Shown in pieces: positions 17,948-27,476 of a DNA stretch of 64,000 nt. Numbering within the stretch: position 1 is the first letter of the stretch; every line of letters begins with the position of its first letter. This DNA is from an uncultured Microbacteriaceae bacterium (lineage in GTDB: Bacteria; Actinomycetota; Actinomycetes; Actinomycetales; Microbacteriaceae), in contig CAIOLM010000018.1 in NCBI GenBank assembly GCA_903859205.1, forward strand, positions 10,895 to 74,894, read 5' to 3'. Below the pieces are notes generated by a model. It had not been told where the DNA came from and did not search any database. It saw only the letters and a list, made by a program, of their open reading frames with translations. Made by a program: the position numbers and the translations under genes.

Positions 17948-18678
17948 CCGACGTCGGTCAGGTTGTTTACGGTGGCCAGTTGCTGGTCGCGTTGCCGCTC
18001 GCTGTTGTTGCCGGCCTCATCTCGTTCGCTTCTCCGTGCGTGCTCCCGCTCGTACCCGGCTACCTCGGCTATGTCAGCGGCATGGCTGGTGAGAAAAAGA
18101 GCGTCGGGCGGATCGTTGCCGGAGTGCTCCTGTTCATTCTTGGCTTCACCGTGGTCTTTGTCGGTTTCGGAATCCTGTTCGGAACAGCCGGCCTCGCCCT
18201 CAAGGCGTACCTGCCGATCATCAATGTCGTCGTTGGAATCTTGGTGATTCTCATGGGGCTGGTCTTCGTCGGCTTCTTCGGCCTCTTTCAGCGCACCGCA
18301 AAGCTCAACCTCACGCCAGCAACCGGTCTCGCTGGAGCGCCACTGCTCGGAATCGTGTTCGGGCTCGGCTGGACGCCGTGCATCGGCCCGGCGCTCGGCG
18401 CAATTCTTGCGCTCAGCATTGACACCGCCTCGCCCTGGCGTGGCGCGGCTTTGGGCTTTGCGTACTGTGTCGGACTGGGCATCCCGTTCTTGCTCATCGC
18501 TCTCGGGCTGCAGTGGGCCACCAAGACAGTGGCGTTTCTCAAGCGACACATTCGCGCCATCAATCTGGCCGGCGGCGCGTTGCTCATTGTGATTGGCGTG
18601 CTCATGGCGACCGGACTGTGGACGGCCTGGATGTCTTCTCTTCAGGCGGTGATCGGCGGATATGTCCCGACCATCTGA
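17944..18678 (+). CDS. ccdA: Cytochrome c biogenesis thiol-reductant transporter CcdA
   Basis: [19 protein letters not shown] and GWTPCIGP motifs; 6 TM segments. Confidence 0.9.
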   Translation: MTDVGQVVYGGQLLVALPLAVVAGLISFASPCVLPLVPGYLGYVSGMAGEKKSVGRIVAGVLLFILGFTVVFVGFGILFGTAGLALKAYLPIINVVVGILVILMGLVFVGFFGLFQRTAKLNLTPATGLAGAPLLGIVFGLGWTPCIGPALGAILALSIDTASPWRGAALGFAYCVGLGIPFLLIALGLQWATKTVAFLKRHIRAINLAGGALLIVIGVLMATGLWTAWMSSLQAVIGGYVPTI

Positions 18679-20263
18679 TCACTTTGACTCGGCCGAGCCC
18701 GTCGCACCCGCAGTCAACCCCAAGCTGAGCATCGCCGGTTATGGCCGCTGGCTGTGGAGCCTGCTCACCAGCATGCGCACGGCGCTGGTGTTGCTGCTCT
18801 TTTTGGCCATTGCGGCTATTCCCGGTTCACTCTTTCCCCAGCACAGCTCCGACCCCAATGGTGTGACCCAGTACTTCGCCGATAACAAAGATCTGGCGCC
18901 GATTCTCGACAAGTTCCAGCTCTTCGATGTCTACAGCTCGGTGTGGTTCTCTGCGATCTACATCCTGCTCTTCATCTCGCTCATCGGCTGCGTGATTCCG
19001 CGAACCAAGCACCACTTCGATGCCCTACGCGCCCGCCCGCCGCGCACACCGGTGCGTCTCGAGCGTCTGCCCGGCTTCGACGAGCGCGAATTCGGTGGGG
19101 TGGATGCCGAGGTGGCTCTCGCCTCTGCCGCGCGTGTTCTCAAATCTCAGCGATACCGCGTCGAGCGCTATGACCGGGACGGTGCCATCACCATCTCGGC
19201 TGAGCGCGGCTACATGCGCGAGACCGGCAACCTGGTGTTCCACTTCGCTCTGCTGGGAGTGCTCATTGCCGTCGGTTTCGGCAGTGGCTTCGGCTATAGC
19301 GGCCAGCGCGTCATCGTCGAGGGACAAGGATTCAGCAACACACTCCTGGCGTATGACTCGTTCAACCCGGGTCGCTTCTTCACACCTACCGAGCTCGAGC
19401 CCTACAGCCTCACCCTCGACAAGTTCACGACCACCTATGAGCAAAAGAACCTGAACGCCATCGGTCAGCCCACCGATTACCTCGCGAACGTGACCGCTCA
19501 GCTGCGCGATGAGAAGCCATTTGCGACGACCATTAAGGTCAACGAACCGCTGCGCATCGCCGGCACAGACGTCTACCTTCTCGGCAACGGATACGCGCCG
19601 GTGGTCACCGTGCGAAACCCCGCGGGCAAGGTCATCTTTCACGATGCCGTTCCGTTTCTGCCGCAAGACAAGAACCTCACCAGCCTCGGTGTGGTCAAAC
19701 TTCCGGATGGCCTGCCCAAGCAGGTCGGCATGATCGGGTTCTTCTACCCGACCGTGCAGGACTCCCATGGCGGCATGAAGGTCTCGGTTTACCCCGACCT
19801 GGTCGATCCGCTGCTGACCTTTAACATCTACGTCGGAGACCTCGGGCTCAACGAGGGGGTTCCTCGCTCCATCTACGCGCTCGACACGAGCAAGCTCACC
19901 AAGCTGACCGGTATCAACACCACGCTGGAGTCCCTCGAGATGAAGCCCGGCCAATCGGCAACCATGCCCAACGGCCTGGGCACGGTGACCTTAGACAAGG
20001 TCGTGCGTTACGCATCCCTCGACGTGCACCATGACCCAACGCAAGGCTGGGTGCTGTTCTTCGCCCTCGCCGCCCTCGGCGGGCTGCTCACTTCGTTGTT
20101 CATTCCGCGTCGTCGCGTCTGGGTCAGCGTTGCCCCGACGAAGAACAAAAAGATTCTCGTCGAGTACGCAGCCCTTGCTCGAGGCGATGACCCAACCCTC
20201 GTTGCGGGCGTTCAGGCCATCATTGCCGCGCATATTCGCGACCTAGGATTAACGTGTGACTGA
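18662..20263 (+). CDS. resB: Cytochrome c biogenesis protein ResB/Ccs1
   Basis: 533 aa. N-terminal TM pair ([26 protein letters not shown]), a large extracytoplasmic domain and a C-terminal TM. Confidence 0.9.
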   Translation: MSRPSDHFDSAEPVAPAVNPKLSIAGYGRWLWSLLTSMRTALVLLLFLAIAAIPGSLFPQHSSDPNGVTQYFADNKDLAPILDKFQLFDVYSSVWFSAIYILLFISLIGCVIPRTKHHFDALRARPPRTPVRLERLPGFDEREFGGVDAEVALASAARVLKSQRYRVERYDRDGAITISAERGYMRETGNLVFHFALLGVLIAVGFGSGFGYSGQRVIVEGQGFSNTLLAYDSFNPGRFFTPTELEPYSLTLDKFTTTYEQKNLNAIGQPTDYLANVTAQLRDEKPFATTIKVNEPLRIAGTDVYLLGNGYAPVVTVRNPAGKVIFHDAVPFLPQDKNLTSLGVVKLPDGLPKQVGMIGFFYPTVQDSHGGMKVSVYPDLVDPLLTFNIYVGDLGLNEGVPRSIYALDTSKLTKLTGINTTLESLEMKPGQSATMPNGLGTVTLDKVVRYASLDVHHDPTQGWVLFFALAALGGLLTSLFIPRRRVWVSVAPTKNKKILVEYAALARGDDPTLVAGVQAIIAAHIRDLGLTCD

Positions 20264-21134
20264 CGCCCTCTCGCAGTATTCGGTTCTGAGCTTGTACTCG
20301 GCCATGGCTGTGTACGCCATTGCGTTCGTGCTGTTCACAATCGACCTCGCGGGCAAAACTACCGAGGGAAAGATTTCGGCCAGGTTCCAGCGCATTGCCT
20401 ACGCCCTGACCTGGGTGGGCTTCGCCCTGCAGCTGACCGCGGGAATCCTGCGCGGAGTAGCGGCTCATCGCGTGCCCTGGGCCAACATGTACGAGTTCGC
20501 CATGACGGGTACGCTCATCATCACCGGCGTCTTCCTGGTGGCAAACCTGAAGTGGAACCTGCGCTTCGTCGGTACGTTCACCACCGGGCTCGTGCTGATT
20601 CTGCTTGGTCTTGCCGCCACGCGTTACTACGTTGAGGTCGTGCCACTGCCTCCGGCCCTTCAGTCGTACTGGCTGGTCATCCACGTCTTTGTGGCCACGC
20701 TCGGAACGGGTTTCTTCTCACTGGGATTTTCGCTATCTGTGCTGCAACTTCTTCAGCAGCGCCGCGAGGTCGCCGTGCACGATGGAAAGAAGACTCGCCT
20801 CACCGGCTTGGTCAAGCTGCCCGACGCAGTTGCACTCGAGAACTATGCGTATCGCCTCATCATCATCGGCTTCATCTTCTGGACCTTCACGCTCATCGCT
20901 GGGGCAATCTGGGCAGAGAAGGCCTGGGGTCGGTACTGGGGTTGGGACACCAAAGAGGTCTGGACCTTCATTATCTGGACGATTTACGCCGGCTACATTC
21001 ACGCCCGCGCCACACGCGGCTGGCGGGGCACTCGTTCGGCCGTTTTGGCTCTCGTGGGCTTCGGCGCAGTGATGTTCAACTTCACCATCGTCAACATTTT
21101 CTTCAAGGGCCTGCACGCCTACAGCGGCCTCTAA
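20256..21134 (+). CDS. ccsB: Cytochrome c-type biogenesis protein CcsB/ResC (heme handling)
   Basis: W-rich motif WGRYWGWDTKEVWTFIIW; polytopic. Confidence 0.9.
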   Translation: MTDALSQYSVLSLYSAMAVYAIAFVLFTIDLAGKTTEGKISARFQRIAYALTWVGFALQLTAGILRGVAAHRVPWANMYEFAMTGTLIITGVFLVANLKWNLRFVGTFTTGLVLILLGLAATRYYVEVVPLPPALQSYWLVIHVFVATLGTGFFSLGFSLSVLQLLQQRREVAVHDGKKTRLTGLVKLPDAVALENYAYRLIIIGFIFWTFTLIAGAIWAEKAWGRYWGWDTKEVWTFIIWTIYAGYIHARATRGWRGTRSAVLALVGFGAVMFNFTIVNIFFKGLHAYSGL

Positions 21135-21199
21135 CCCGCCGGTTGAGCAGCGCCGCCGGCGCATATCGAAACCCGAGCTCTACCTGACAGACTGGGCGC

Positions 21200-22183
21200 A
21201 TGACTGTGCCCGAGCTGAGTGAGGTTCTCGCCACCGTTCGCGTGGTCGCTCTTCCGCTGCGCACGCGCTTTCGTGGGCTGACCGAGCGCGAGGCTGTTGT
21301 GTTTGCTGGCCCGCAGGGATGGACCGAGTTCAGCCCGTTCGTCGAGTACGACGATGGCGAGGCTGCCGCGTGGCTTCGAGCGGCCTACGAGTTCGGCTGG
21401 GATGCCCTGCCGCAGCTGCACCGATCAACCATCCCTGTCAACGCCACGGTGCCCGCCGTTGACCCCGATGAGGTTGAGGGCGTGCTGGCTGGTTTCGGGC
21501 GTTGCCGCACCGTCAAGGTGAAGGTCGCACAGGCGATGCAAACTTTGGCCGAAGACGTCGCCCGAGTTGCCCGAGTGCGCGAGCTCATCGGCGCCGAGGG
21601 GCGTCTGCGCATCGACGCGAACGGTGCCTGGAACGTCGACGAGGCCGAGCACGCCATCCATGCCCTCGCCGAGTTCGACATCGAGTACGTGGAACAGCCC
21701 TGCGCGACCATCGATGAACTCGGCGAGATTCGCGCGCGGGTGAAATACATGGATATTCCCATCGCTGCCGATGAGAGCGTGCGCAAAGAAAGCGATCCTC
21801 TCGAGGTTGCTCGCGCCGGCGCCGCCGACCTGCTCGTGCTCAAGGCACAACCGCTCGGCGGTATTCGTAATGCGGTAAGTGTCTCTGCAGCAGCCGGGCT
21901 GCCGGTGGTGGTTTCGAGCGCGCTAGACACTTCGTTGGGTCTGGCCATGGGCGCTCACCTTGCGGCGGCTCTTCCGGAGCTGTCGTTTGACTGCGGGCTG
22001 GGAACCGCCGCCTTGCTTGCTGGCGACGTCGTTGTGGCTCCGCTGATTCCCGTTGACGGACAGATTCCGGTCGAGCGACCCGTCATCGACGAGGGCGCGC
22101 TCGAGCGCTTCGCGGCTAGCCCGGAACGCACGCAGTGGTGGCTCGAGAGACTCACCCGGGTGCACGCTCGCCTCGCTGGGTGA
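21200..22183 (+). CDS. menC: o-Succinylbenzoate synthase
   Basis: Enolase-superfamily pattern RIDANGAWNVDEA...EYVEQP...IAADES, in men-cluster context. Confidence 0.9.
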   Translation: MTVPELSEVLATVRVVALPLRTRFRGLTEREAVVFAGPQGWTEFSPFVEYDDGEAAAWLRAAYEFGWDALPQLHRSTIPVNATVPAVDPDEVEGVLAGFGRCRTVKVKVAQAMQTLAEDVARVARVRELIGAEGRLRIDANGAWNVDEAEHAIHALAEFDIEYVEQPCATIDELGEIRARVKYMDIPIAADESVRKESDPLEVARAGAADLLVLKAQPLGGIRNAVSVSAAAGLPVVVSSALDTSLGLAMGAHLAAALPELSFDCGLGTAALLAGDVVVAPLIPVDGQIPVERPVIDEGALERFAASPERTQWWLERLTRVHARLAG

Positions 22184-22265
22184 GCTTGTCGACATCATGG
22201 TCCCGACCAGCGCTCGACCAGCGCTCGACCCGGCGCGCACTCGGGGAACGGCGTAGGGTTAAGCC

Positions 22266-23156
22266 ATGACCTCGCCCGTCTCCGACATCTTTGACGCCAC
22301 TGTGTGGGCGGATGCGCCTGCCGCTGCCGGCATGACCGACATCACCTATCACCACGACGTCACCGGGCGCGTTGCTCGCATCGCGTTCAATCGTCCTGAG
22401 GTGCGTAACGCCTTCCGCCCGCAGACGGTCGATGAGCTTTACCGGGCCCTAGACGATGCACGTCAGAACACTCGCATTGGCGTCGTGATGCTGACCGGCA
22501 ATGGCCCGAGCGCAAAGGATGGCGGGTGGGCGTTCTGCTCGGGCGGCGACCAGCGCATCCGAGGCAAGAACGGATATGAGTACGCCGACGGTTCGGCGAC
22601 CACGGGGCGCCTGCACATTCTCGAAGTCCAGCGCATGATTCGCTTTATGCCCAAGGTCGTCATTGCCGTTGTTCCAGGTTGGGCCGCCGGCGGCGGTCAC
22701 TCTCTGCACGTCGTGTGCGACCTCACGCTGGCCAGCAAGGAGCATGCTCGCTTCAAGCAGACCGATGCTGATGTCGGATCGTTTGACTCGGGATATGGCT
22801 CGGCCTACTTCGCCCGCCAAATCGGACAGAAGTTTGCGCGCGAGGTCTTCTTCCTCGCTCGTGAGTATGACGCCCAGCGTGCCTACGAAATGGGTGCGGT
22901 AAACGCGGTCGTTCCGCACGCTCAACTCGAGGCCACGGCGCTCGAGTGGGCGTACGAGGTCATGACAAAATCGCCCACTGCTATACGTATGCTCAAATTT
23001 GCATTTAATGCCGTCGACGATGGACTCGTCGGGCAGCAGGTCTTCGCTGGCGAGGCCACTCGCCTGGCTTACGGCACCGATGAGGCACAAGAGGGTCGCG
23101 ACTCGTTCCTCGAAAAGCGCGAACCCGACTGGTCTGGCTACCCCTGGCATTTCTGA
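22266..23156 (+). CDS. menB: 1,4-dihydroxy-2-naphthoyl-CoA synthase
   Basis: Crotonase fold. IAFNRPEVRNAF...FCSGGDQRIRG...; C-terminal PDWSGYPWHF. Confidence 0.95.
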   Translation: MTSPVSDIFDATVWADAPAAAGMTDITYHHDVTGRVARIAFNRPEVRNAFRPQTVDELYRALDDARQNTRIGVVMLTGNGPSAKDGGWAFCSGGDQRIRGKNGYEYADGSATTGRLHILEVQRMIRFMPKVVIAVVPGWAAGGGHSLHVVCDLTLASKEHARFKQTDADVGSFDSGYGSAYFARQIGQKFAREVFFLAREYDAQRAYEMGAVNAVVPHAQLEATALEWAYEVMTKSPTAIRMLKFAFNAVDDGLVGQQVFAGEATRLAYGTDEAQEGRDSFLEKREPDWSGYPWHF

Positions 23157-23157
23157 C

Positions 23158-24303
23158 ATGCGCCCGCTGCTGAGCATTCCGTCGAACGACCTCGCGCGAG
23201 TGCGAGCCGGCCTCGAAGATGCCCTGCGCGGAAGTGGTCCGGCCATCATTGTTCTTGATGACGCATCATTGTCGCCCGCAGAAAGTCGAACCGCCCTGCC
23301 CCAACTCGTCGCCGACGACATCGCCGTGGTCATCGAAACATCTGGCTCAAGCGGAGAACCGAAGCGCGTGGGGCTCAGCGCCGAGGCTTTGCTGGCCAGC
23401 GCTCGTGCTAGCCACGGCCGTCTGGGCGGCCCCGGGCAGTGGCTCCTCGCCCTGCCGGCCAACTATGTCGCAGGGTTGCAGGTGCTGACGCGCAGTATCG
23501 ACTCCGGGGTTGACTTCATTGGTTTACCCGGCGGACCTTTCACGCCAGAGGCATTCTGCCGAGGAGTTGCGGCGTTGGACCACGATCGTCGATACAGCAG
23601 CGTGGTTCCCTACCAACTTGCCCGGCTGTGTGAGTTCGCCGAAGCCTCAGGCTCTGCTCGCGACATTCTGGGCTCACTGGATGCTCTTCTTGTCGGAGGG
23701 CAGGCCACCCCGGCCGATCTCATCGACAGCGTTCGCCGACTCGGTATCTCGGTTGTCACCACGTACGGTTCTACCGAGACCGCCGGGGGCTGTGTGTACG
23801 ACGGGATCCCGCTCCCTGGCGTGGCCCTTGAGCTAGATGAAGCCGGAGAGCTCATGATTTCGACACATATGCTCGCTTCGGAATATGTTTCGGGTGCGCC
23901 TTCTACGCCGCGCTTCCTTGAGCGTGACGGTTCGCGCTGGTATCGAACAGGCGACACCGCCGAGCTGGTTGGTGGCAACCTGAGAGTGACCGGCCGGGTC
24001 GACCGCGTGCTCATTTCGGGCGGGGTCAAGGTTTCGCTGGAAGCCATCGAGTCGGTCGCGGCGACCGTGGTTGCCGGTGGGGTAGTTGCTGTCTCGGTCG
24101 TCGATGAGACCTGGGGCGCACGGCCCGTCCTCGTCATCGAGGGCACAGGAAGCGACGACCTCGAGTCGCAGGTTCGTGCGGTTGTACTCGAGACCAGCGG
24201 CCGGGTTGCCGTGCCCGATCGAATCATCTGGGTGTCGAGCATTCCGGTGCTTGCCTCGGGCAAGCCCAACCTGGTGGCAGCGGCAGCCCTCGCGTCTCAA
24301 TAG
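23158..24303 (+). CDS. menE: o-Succinylbenzoate--CoA ligase
   Basis: Track ORF 22999 trimmed to ATG 23158, 2 nt after the menB stop. AMP-binding motifs VIETSGSSGEPKRV, TTYGSTET, SGKPN. Confidence 0.85.
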   Translation: MRPLLSIPSNDLARVRAGLEDALRGSGPAIIVLDDASLSPAESRTALPQLVADDIAVVIETSGSSGEPKRVGLSAEALLASARASHGRLGGPGQWLLALPANYVAGLQVLTRSIDSGVDFIGLPGGPFTPEAFCRGVAALDHDRRYSSVVPYQLARLCEFAEASGSARDILGSLDALLVGGQATPADLIDSVRRLGISVVTTYGSTETAGGCVYDGIPLPGVALELDEAGELMISTHMLASEYVSGAPSTPRFLERDGSRWYRTGDTAELVGGNLRVTGRVDRVLISGGVKVSLEAIESVAATVVAGGVVAVSVVDETWGARPVLVIEGTGSDDLESQVRAVVLETSGRVAVPDRIIWVSSIPVLASGKPNLVAAAALASQ

Positions 24304-24306
24304 GAT

Positions 24307-25263
24307 TTGGGCGTGGCTAATAAGAAGAAGACCAAGAAGCGCTCGTCGGCATCGCATCACTCGGGGCACCACCCGAAGAAGTCGCGAGTTCCGCGCGCGC
24401 CCAAAGTGAGCTGGCTGGTCGGTGCACGCTTGCGAACCCTGCCGTTGGCAATCGCGCCCGTGGCCCTGGGCGCCGGAGTGGCGTCACACGCTCACCACTT
24501 CTCACTGCTGTTGAGTCTGCTCTGCCTAGCCGTCGCCGTCTTCTTGCAGGTTGGTGTCAACTACGCCAACGACTACTCCGACGGAGTCCGTGGCACCGAC
24601 GCGTACCGGGTTGGTCCTGCACGCTTGACCGGATCGGGCGCCAAGAAGCCCAAGGCCGTGCTGACCGTTGCGCTGGTCTTCTTCGGGCTGGCCGCCGTTG
24701 CCGGAATTCTGGTGACGTTGATTTCTCAGCAGTGGTGGTTCCTCGTCGTGGGAGCTGTTGCCATCGTTGCAGCGTGGTTCTACACCGGTGGAAAGCGGCC
24801 CTATGGCTACGCCGGGTTCGGCGAACTCGCCGTCTTCGTCTTCTTCGGTGTCGTGGCAACTCAGGGCACCGCGTTTGTGCAGACCCACGGATGGTCGAAC
24901 TCCGGTTTCGTCGGAGCCGCCGGCGTCGGGCTTCTCGCCTGTGCCGTGCTCATGATCAACAACATTCGAGACATCGCAACCGACGTAGCTGCGGGCAAGA
25001 AGACTCTGGCTGTGCGCCTCGGACAGCGCGCATCCATCATCGTGTTTTGTTCAATGATCGCCATCCCGATGGGGCTTGCCGGCATGCTTGGGCTCTTCTT
25101 CGCCCCGACTCTTTATACGCAGTTTGTGTGGCTGGCCGTGCTTCCGGCGGGGCTCATTGCCGTCATGGCAAAGACCCCGGGCGAGTACATCACTGTTCTC
25201 AAGATCACCAGCTTCGCAACCCTGGCCTACGGGGTGCTCCTGGGAATCGGACTCGCGCTCTAG
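24307..25263 (+). CDS. menA: 1,4-dihydroxy-2-naphthoate polyprenyltransferase (with a Lys/Arg/His-rich N-terminal tail if GTG 24307 is used)
   Basis: UbiA-family motif NDYSDGVRGTD; polytopic. Confidence 0.9.
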   Translation: MGVANKKKTKKRSSASHHSGHHPKKSRVPRAPKVSWLVGARLRTLPLAIAPVALGAGVASHAHHFSLLLSLLCLAVAVFLQVGVNYANDYSDGVRGTDAYRVGPARLTGSGAKKPKAVLTVALVFFGLAAVAGILVTLISQQWWFLVVGAVAIVAAWFYTGGKRPYGYAGFGELAVFVFFGVVATQGTAFVQTHGWSNSGFVGAAGVGLLACAVLMINNIRDIATDVAAGKKTLAVRLGQRASIIVFCSMIAIPMGLAGMLGLFFAPTLYTQFVWLAVLPAGLIAVMAKTPGEYITVLKITSFATLAYGVLLGIGLAL

Positions 25264-25565
25264 CTCTTATCGAGTAGTTCGTCTTCGTGTGACTCGTCGG
25301 ATGACTTCTTGCCAGTGCGCTCAGCGCGCGCCTGAAAGAGGGACGTCGAAGTTTGATTACGAAAACGCGTCAAAAGCAACAGCGACAGCGCGAGGGCGAT
25401 GACCGCGGCAAGAATCGCCGAGATCCACTCCTGAAAACCAATGAGCCAAAAGACCACAAAGGGAACGACAAAAAAGACCAGTCGAAGGATCGTGTAGATC
25501 AGCCAGGCGGGGATTCGTTTCACGACGGTGAGTCTACGCGTGTGCCCTGCGTAGACTTCTCGCAT
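25260..25565 (-). CDS. DUF4229-like small two-TM membrane protein
   Basis: VKRIPAWLIYTILRLVFFVVPFVVFWLIGFQEWISAILAAVIALALSLLLL. The track ORF extends to 25760, but that part is antisense to a better-looking ORF. Candidate starts are ATG 25565 or GTG 25523 (TAGACT 7 nt upstream). Confidence 0.6.
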   Translation of the reverse strand: MREVYAGHTRRLTVVKRIPAWLIYTILRLVFFVVPFVVFWLIGFQEWISAILAAVIALALSLLLLTRFRNQTSTSLFQARAERTGKKSSDESHEDELLDKS

Positions 25566-25770
25566 GCTTCGCGTGTGGATTCTCATCGGTCTCGTCCTTC
25601 TCATCGGAGTGGCGCTGGGACTGTGGCTCGCCGCGCGTGCTCGCCGTCGCGAGCAGTCCTCGGGCAATTCGCGCAGCAGCGGTCCTGGCCGTTCCAACCG
25701 ACCGGGGCCCACCGCCCCAGACGACGACCCCGATTTCTTGCGCGGGCTGGGCAAGGACAAACCGCAGTGA
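25564..25770 (+). CDS. Small single-TM protein translationally coupled to menD (hypothetical)
   Basis: 68 aa. MLRVWILIGLVLLIGVALGLWLAA followed by a basic/disordered tail. GC-rich third codon positions. The stop TGA overlaps the menD GTG (GTGA). Confidence 0.5.
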   Translation: MLRVWILIGLVLLIGVALGLWLAARARRREQSSGNSRSSGPGRSNRPGPTAPDDDPDFLRGLGKDKPQ

Positions 25771-27476
25771 GTAGCGTCACCGCATCCACGCTCTTTGCAA
25801 CACGCTTCCTGCTTGCGCTGGTCGAACGAGGTCTGACCGATGTGGTGCTGAGCCCGGGCGCCCGCTCACAGGCGCTCGCGCTCGCCGCCACCGAGCTCGA
25901 GAATCGGGGGCTGCTCAGGGTGCACGTGCGCATCGATGAGCGCGCTGCCGCGTTCGTGGCGCTCGGGCTCGCCCTCGAGTCGGGTCACCCCGCCGCGGTT
26001 GTTACGACTTCAGGCACCGCGGTCGCCAACCTCTACCCGGCCGTGCTCGAAGCACACCACGCGGGAGTTGGCATGCTGCTGCTCACGGCCGACCGCCCCG
26101 AGGAGCTTCGGGGCATTGGAACGAACCAGACCACCGTGCAGGCGGATTTCTTTGCGCACGCCGTGCGCTTCAGTCGAGACGTGGATGCCCCCACCTTTGA
26201 CGACCCGGCCGCCGGAGCTGCCGCACTCGCCGGCGAGGCCTGGGCTGCCGCCGTTGCACCTATGGCCGCTGGCCCGGTGCACCTGAATCTTGCGTTCCGC
26301 GAGCCGCTCTCGGGTGGCGACGCCTTCGCAGTCGCAGACGTTGCCGAAGCACTCGCTCGGGCATCCGACGTCGAGCCAGCACCGGCCACGGTACCGACGG
26401 CTGTTGAACTTGCACGCGGACCGCGCACGCTGGTCATTGCCGGCACGGGGGCTGGTCCGGCGGCTGAGGAGCTTGCCCACGCAGGAGGGTGGCCGCTCAT
26501 TGCCGAGATCAGCAGCGGGGCGCGCTTTGGTCGCAACGTTGTTCCGGCGTACCGCGAGGTACTTCGCAATGCCGAGCTGAGCGCAGCCGTCGAGCGGGTC
26601 ATCGTGTTTGGTCACCCCACACTGAGCCGTGAAGTTCCTGCCCTGATCGGCGATAGCGCACGGAGCCTCGAGACAATCGTCGTGCTGGGCACGGGCGGCG
26701 AAAACTACAACCCGGGTCACAACGTAACCGCATTCGTGGAAGCCCTGACGGTTGCCGACGGCGAAGCTGATCGCGAGTGGCTGAGCTCGTGGCTTCGCGC
26801 GGGTCACGCCGCTCACGACGAGGCGATGGGGCGCTACACCGCAGCCAACCCGTCGATGCAGGCGCCGAACGTCGATGCCTCGCGCTCCAACTCTGTAGAC
26901 GACATGCGCGCTTTCGCGGCGGCTGAACTGGCAGCGGCCAAGGCGCCGGTCACGCGCGAACTCTTGGTCGATGCAATCTGGCGAGCAACCTGGCCGCATG
27001 ACCGCCTGTTGCTCGGCGCTTCGCGCTTGGTCCGAGTCGCAGACCGCATTTTGGTCGGCAAAAAGGTTCCCGTTTTTTCGAACCGCGGGCTCGCCGGTAT
27101 CGATGGCACGATTTCAACCGGAGTTGGCATTGGGTTGGCCTCCGGTGCAGTAACGCGCGTTCTGCTCGGCGATTTGGCCGCGCTGCACGACGCGGGCGGA
27201 ATGCTGATTGGGCCGAGCGAGCAGCGGCCGCGCGTCCAGGTCATCGTGGGCAATGATGGCGGCGGAACAATCTTCGACTCACTCGAGGTCGCCGCCACGA
27301 CCGACGCTGCCGTCATGGACCGCGCGTTCTACACCCCCCACGGCGCCAACTTCGAAGCTCTCGCAACTGCTTACGGCTGGGAGTTCACTCGGGTCGCCAC
27401 GGCGTCTGAGCTCGAGCGCGCACTGACTCAACCTGCGGCCGGCCCGCAGCTCGTCGAAGTCGTGCTCGCTCGCTAA
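25767..27476 (+). CDS. menD: 2-succinyl-5-enolpyruvyl-6-hydroxy-3-cyclohexene-1-carboxylate (SEPHCHC) synthase
   Basis: Track ORF 25353 trimmed to GTG 25767 (VSSVTASTLFATRFLLALVERG...). ThDP enzyme pattern TSGTAVANLYPAVLEAHHAGVGMLLLTADRPEELRGIGTNQT; GNDGGGTIF. Confidence 0.9.
   Translation: MSSVTASTLFATRFLLALVERGLTDVVLSPGARSQALALAATELENRGLLRVHVRIDERAAAFVALGLALESGHPAAVVTTSGTAVANLYPAVLEAHHAGVGMLLLTADRPEELRGIGTNQTTVQADFFAHAVRFSRDVDAPTFDDPAAGAAALAGEAWAAAVAPMAAGPVHLNLAFREPLSGGDAFAVADVAEALARASDVEPAPATVPTAVELARGPRTLVIAGTGAGPAAEELAHAGGWPLIAEISSGARFGRNVVPAYREVLRNAELSAAVERVIVFGHPTLSREVPALIGDSARSLETIVVLGTGGENYNPGHNVTAFVEALTVADGEADREWLSSWLRAGHAAHDEAMGRYTAANPSMQAPNVDASRSNSVDDMRAFAAAELAAAKAPVTRELLVDAIWRATWPHDRLLLGASRLVRVADRILVGKKVPVFSNRGLAGIDGTISTGVGIGLASGAVTRVLLGDLAALHDAGGMLIGPSEQRPRVQVIVGNDGGGTIFDSLEVAATTDAAVMDRAFYTPHGANFEALATAYGWEFTRVATASELERALTQPAAGPQLVEVVLAR

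Noticed and set aside
22205-22230. Tandem 11-mer gaccagcgctc x2.4 between menC and menB
   Set aside because: It is too short to support any function and is probably a slippage duplication. It is noted only for completeness.
25353-25766. N-terminal over-extensions in the ORF track: menD 25353, menE 22999, folP 31322, folB 32445, DUF3180 33361, DUF2520 33782, CoA-transferase 51020, flippase-like 53687, GMC 2936, lipoprotein 42403
   Set aside because: The extended parts overlap the preceding gene's coding region and translate to Arg/Pro/Ser-rich junk. Internal starts coincide with stop-start overlaps, SD sequences or TANNNT boxes, and with the onset of family-typical N-termini.
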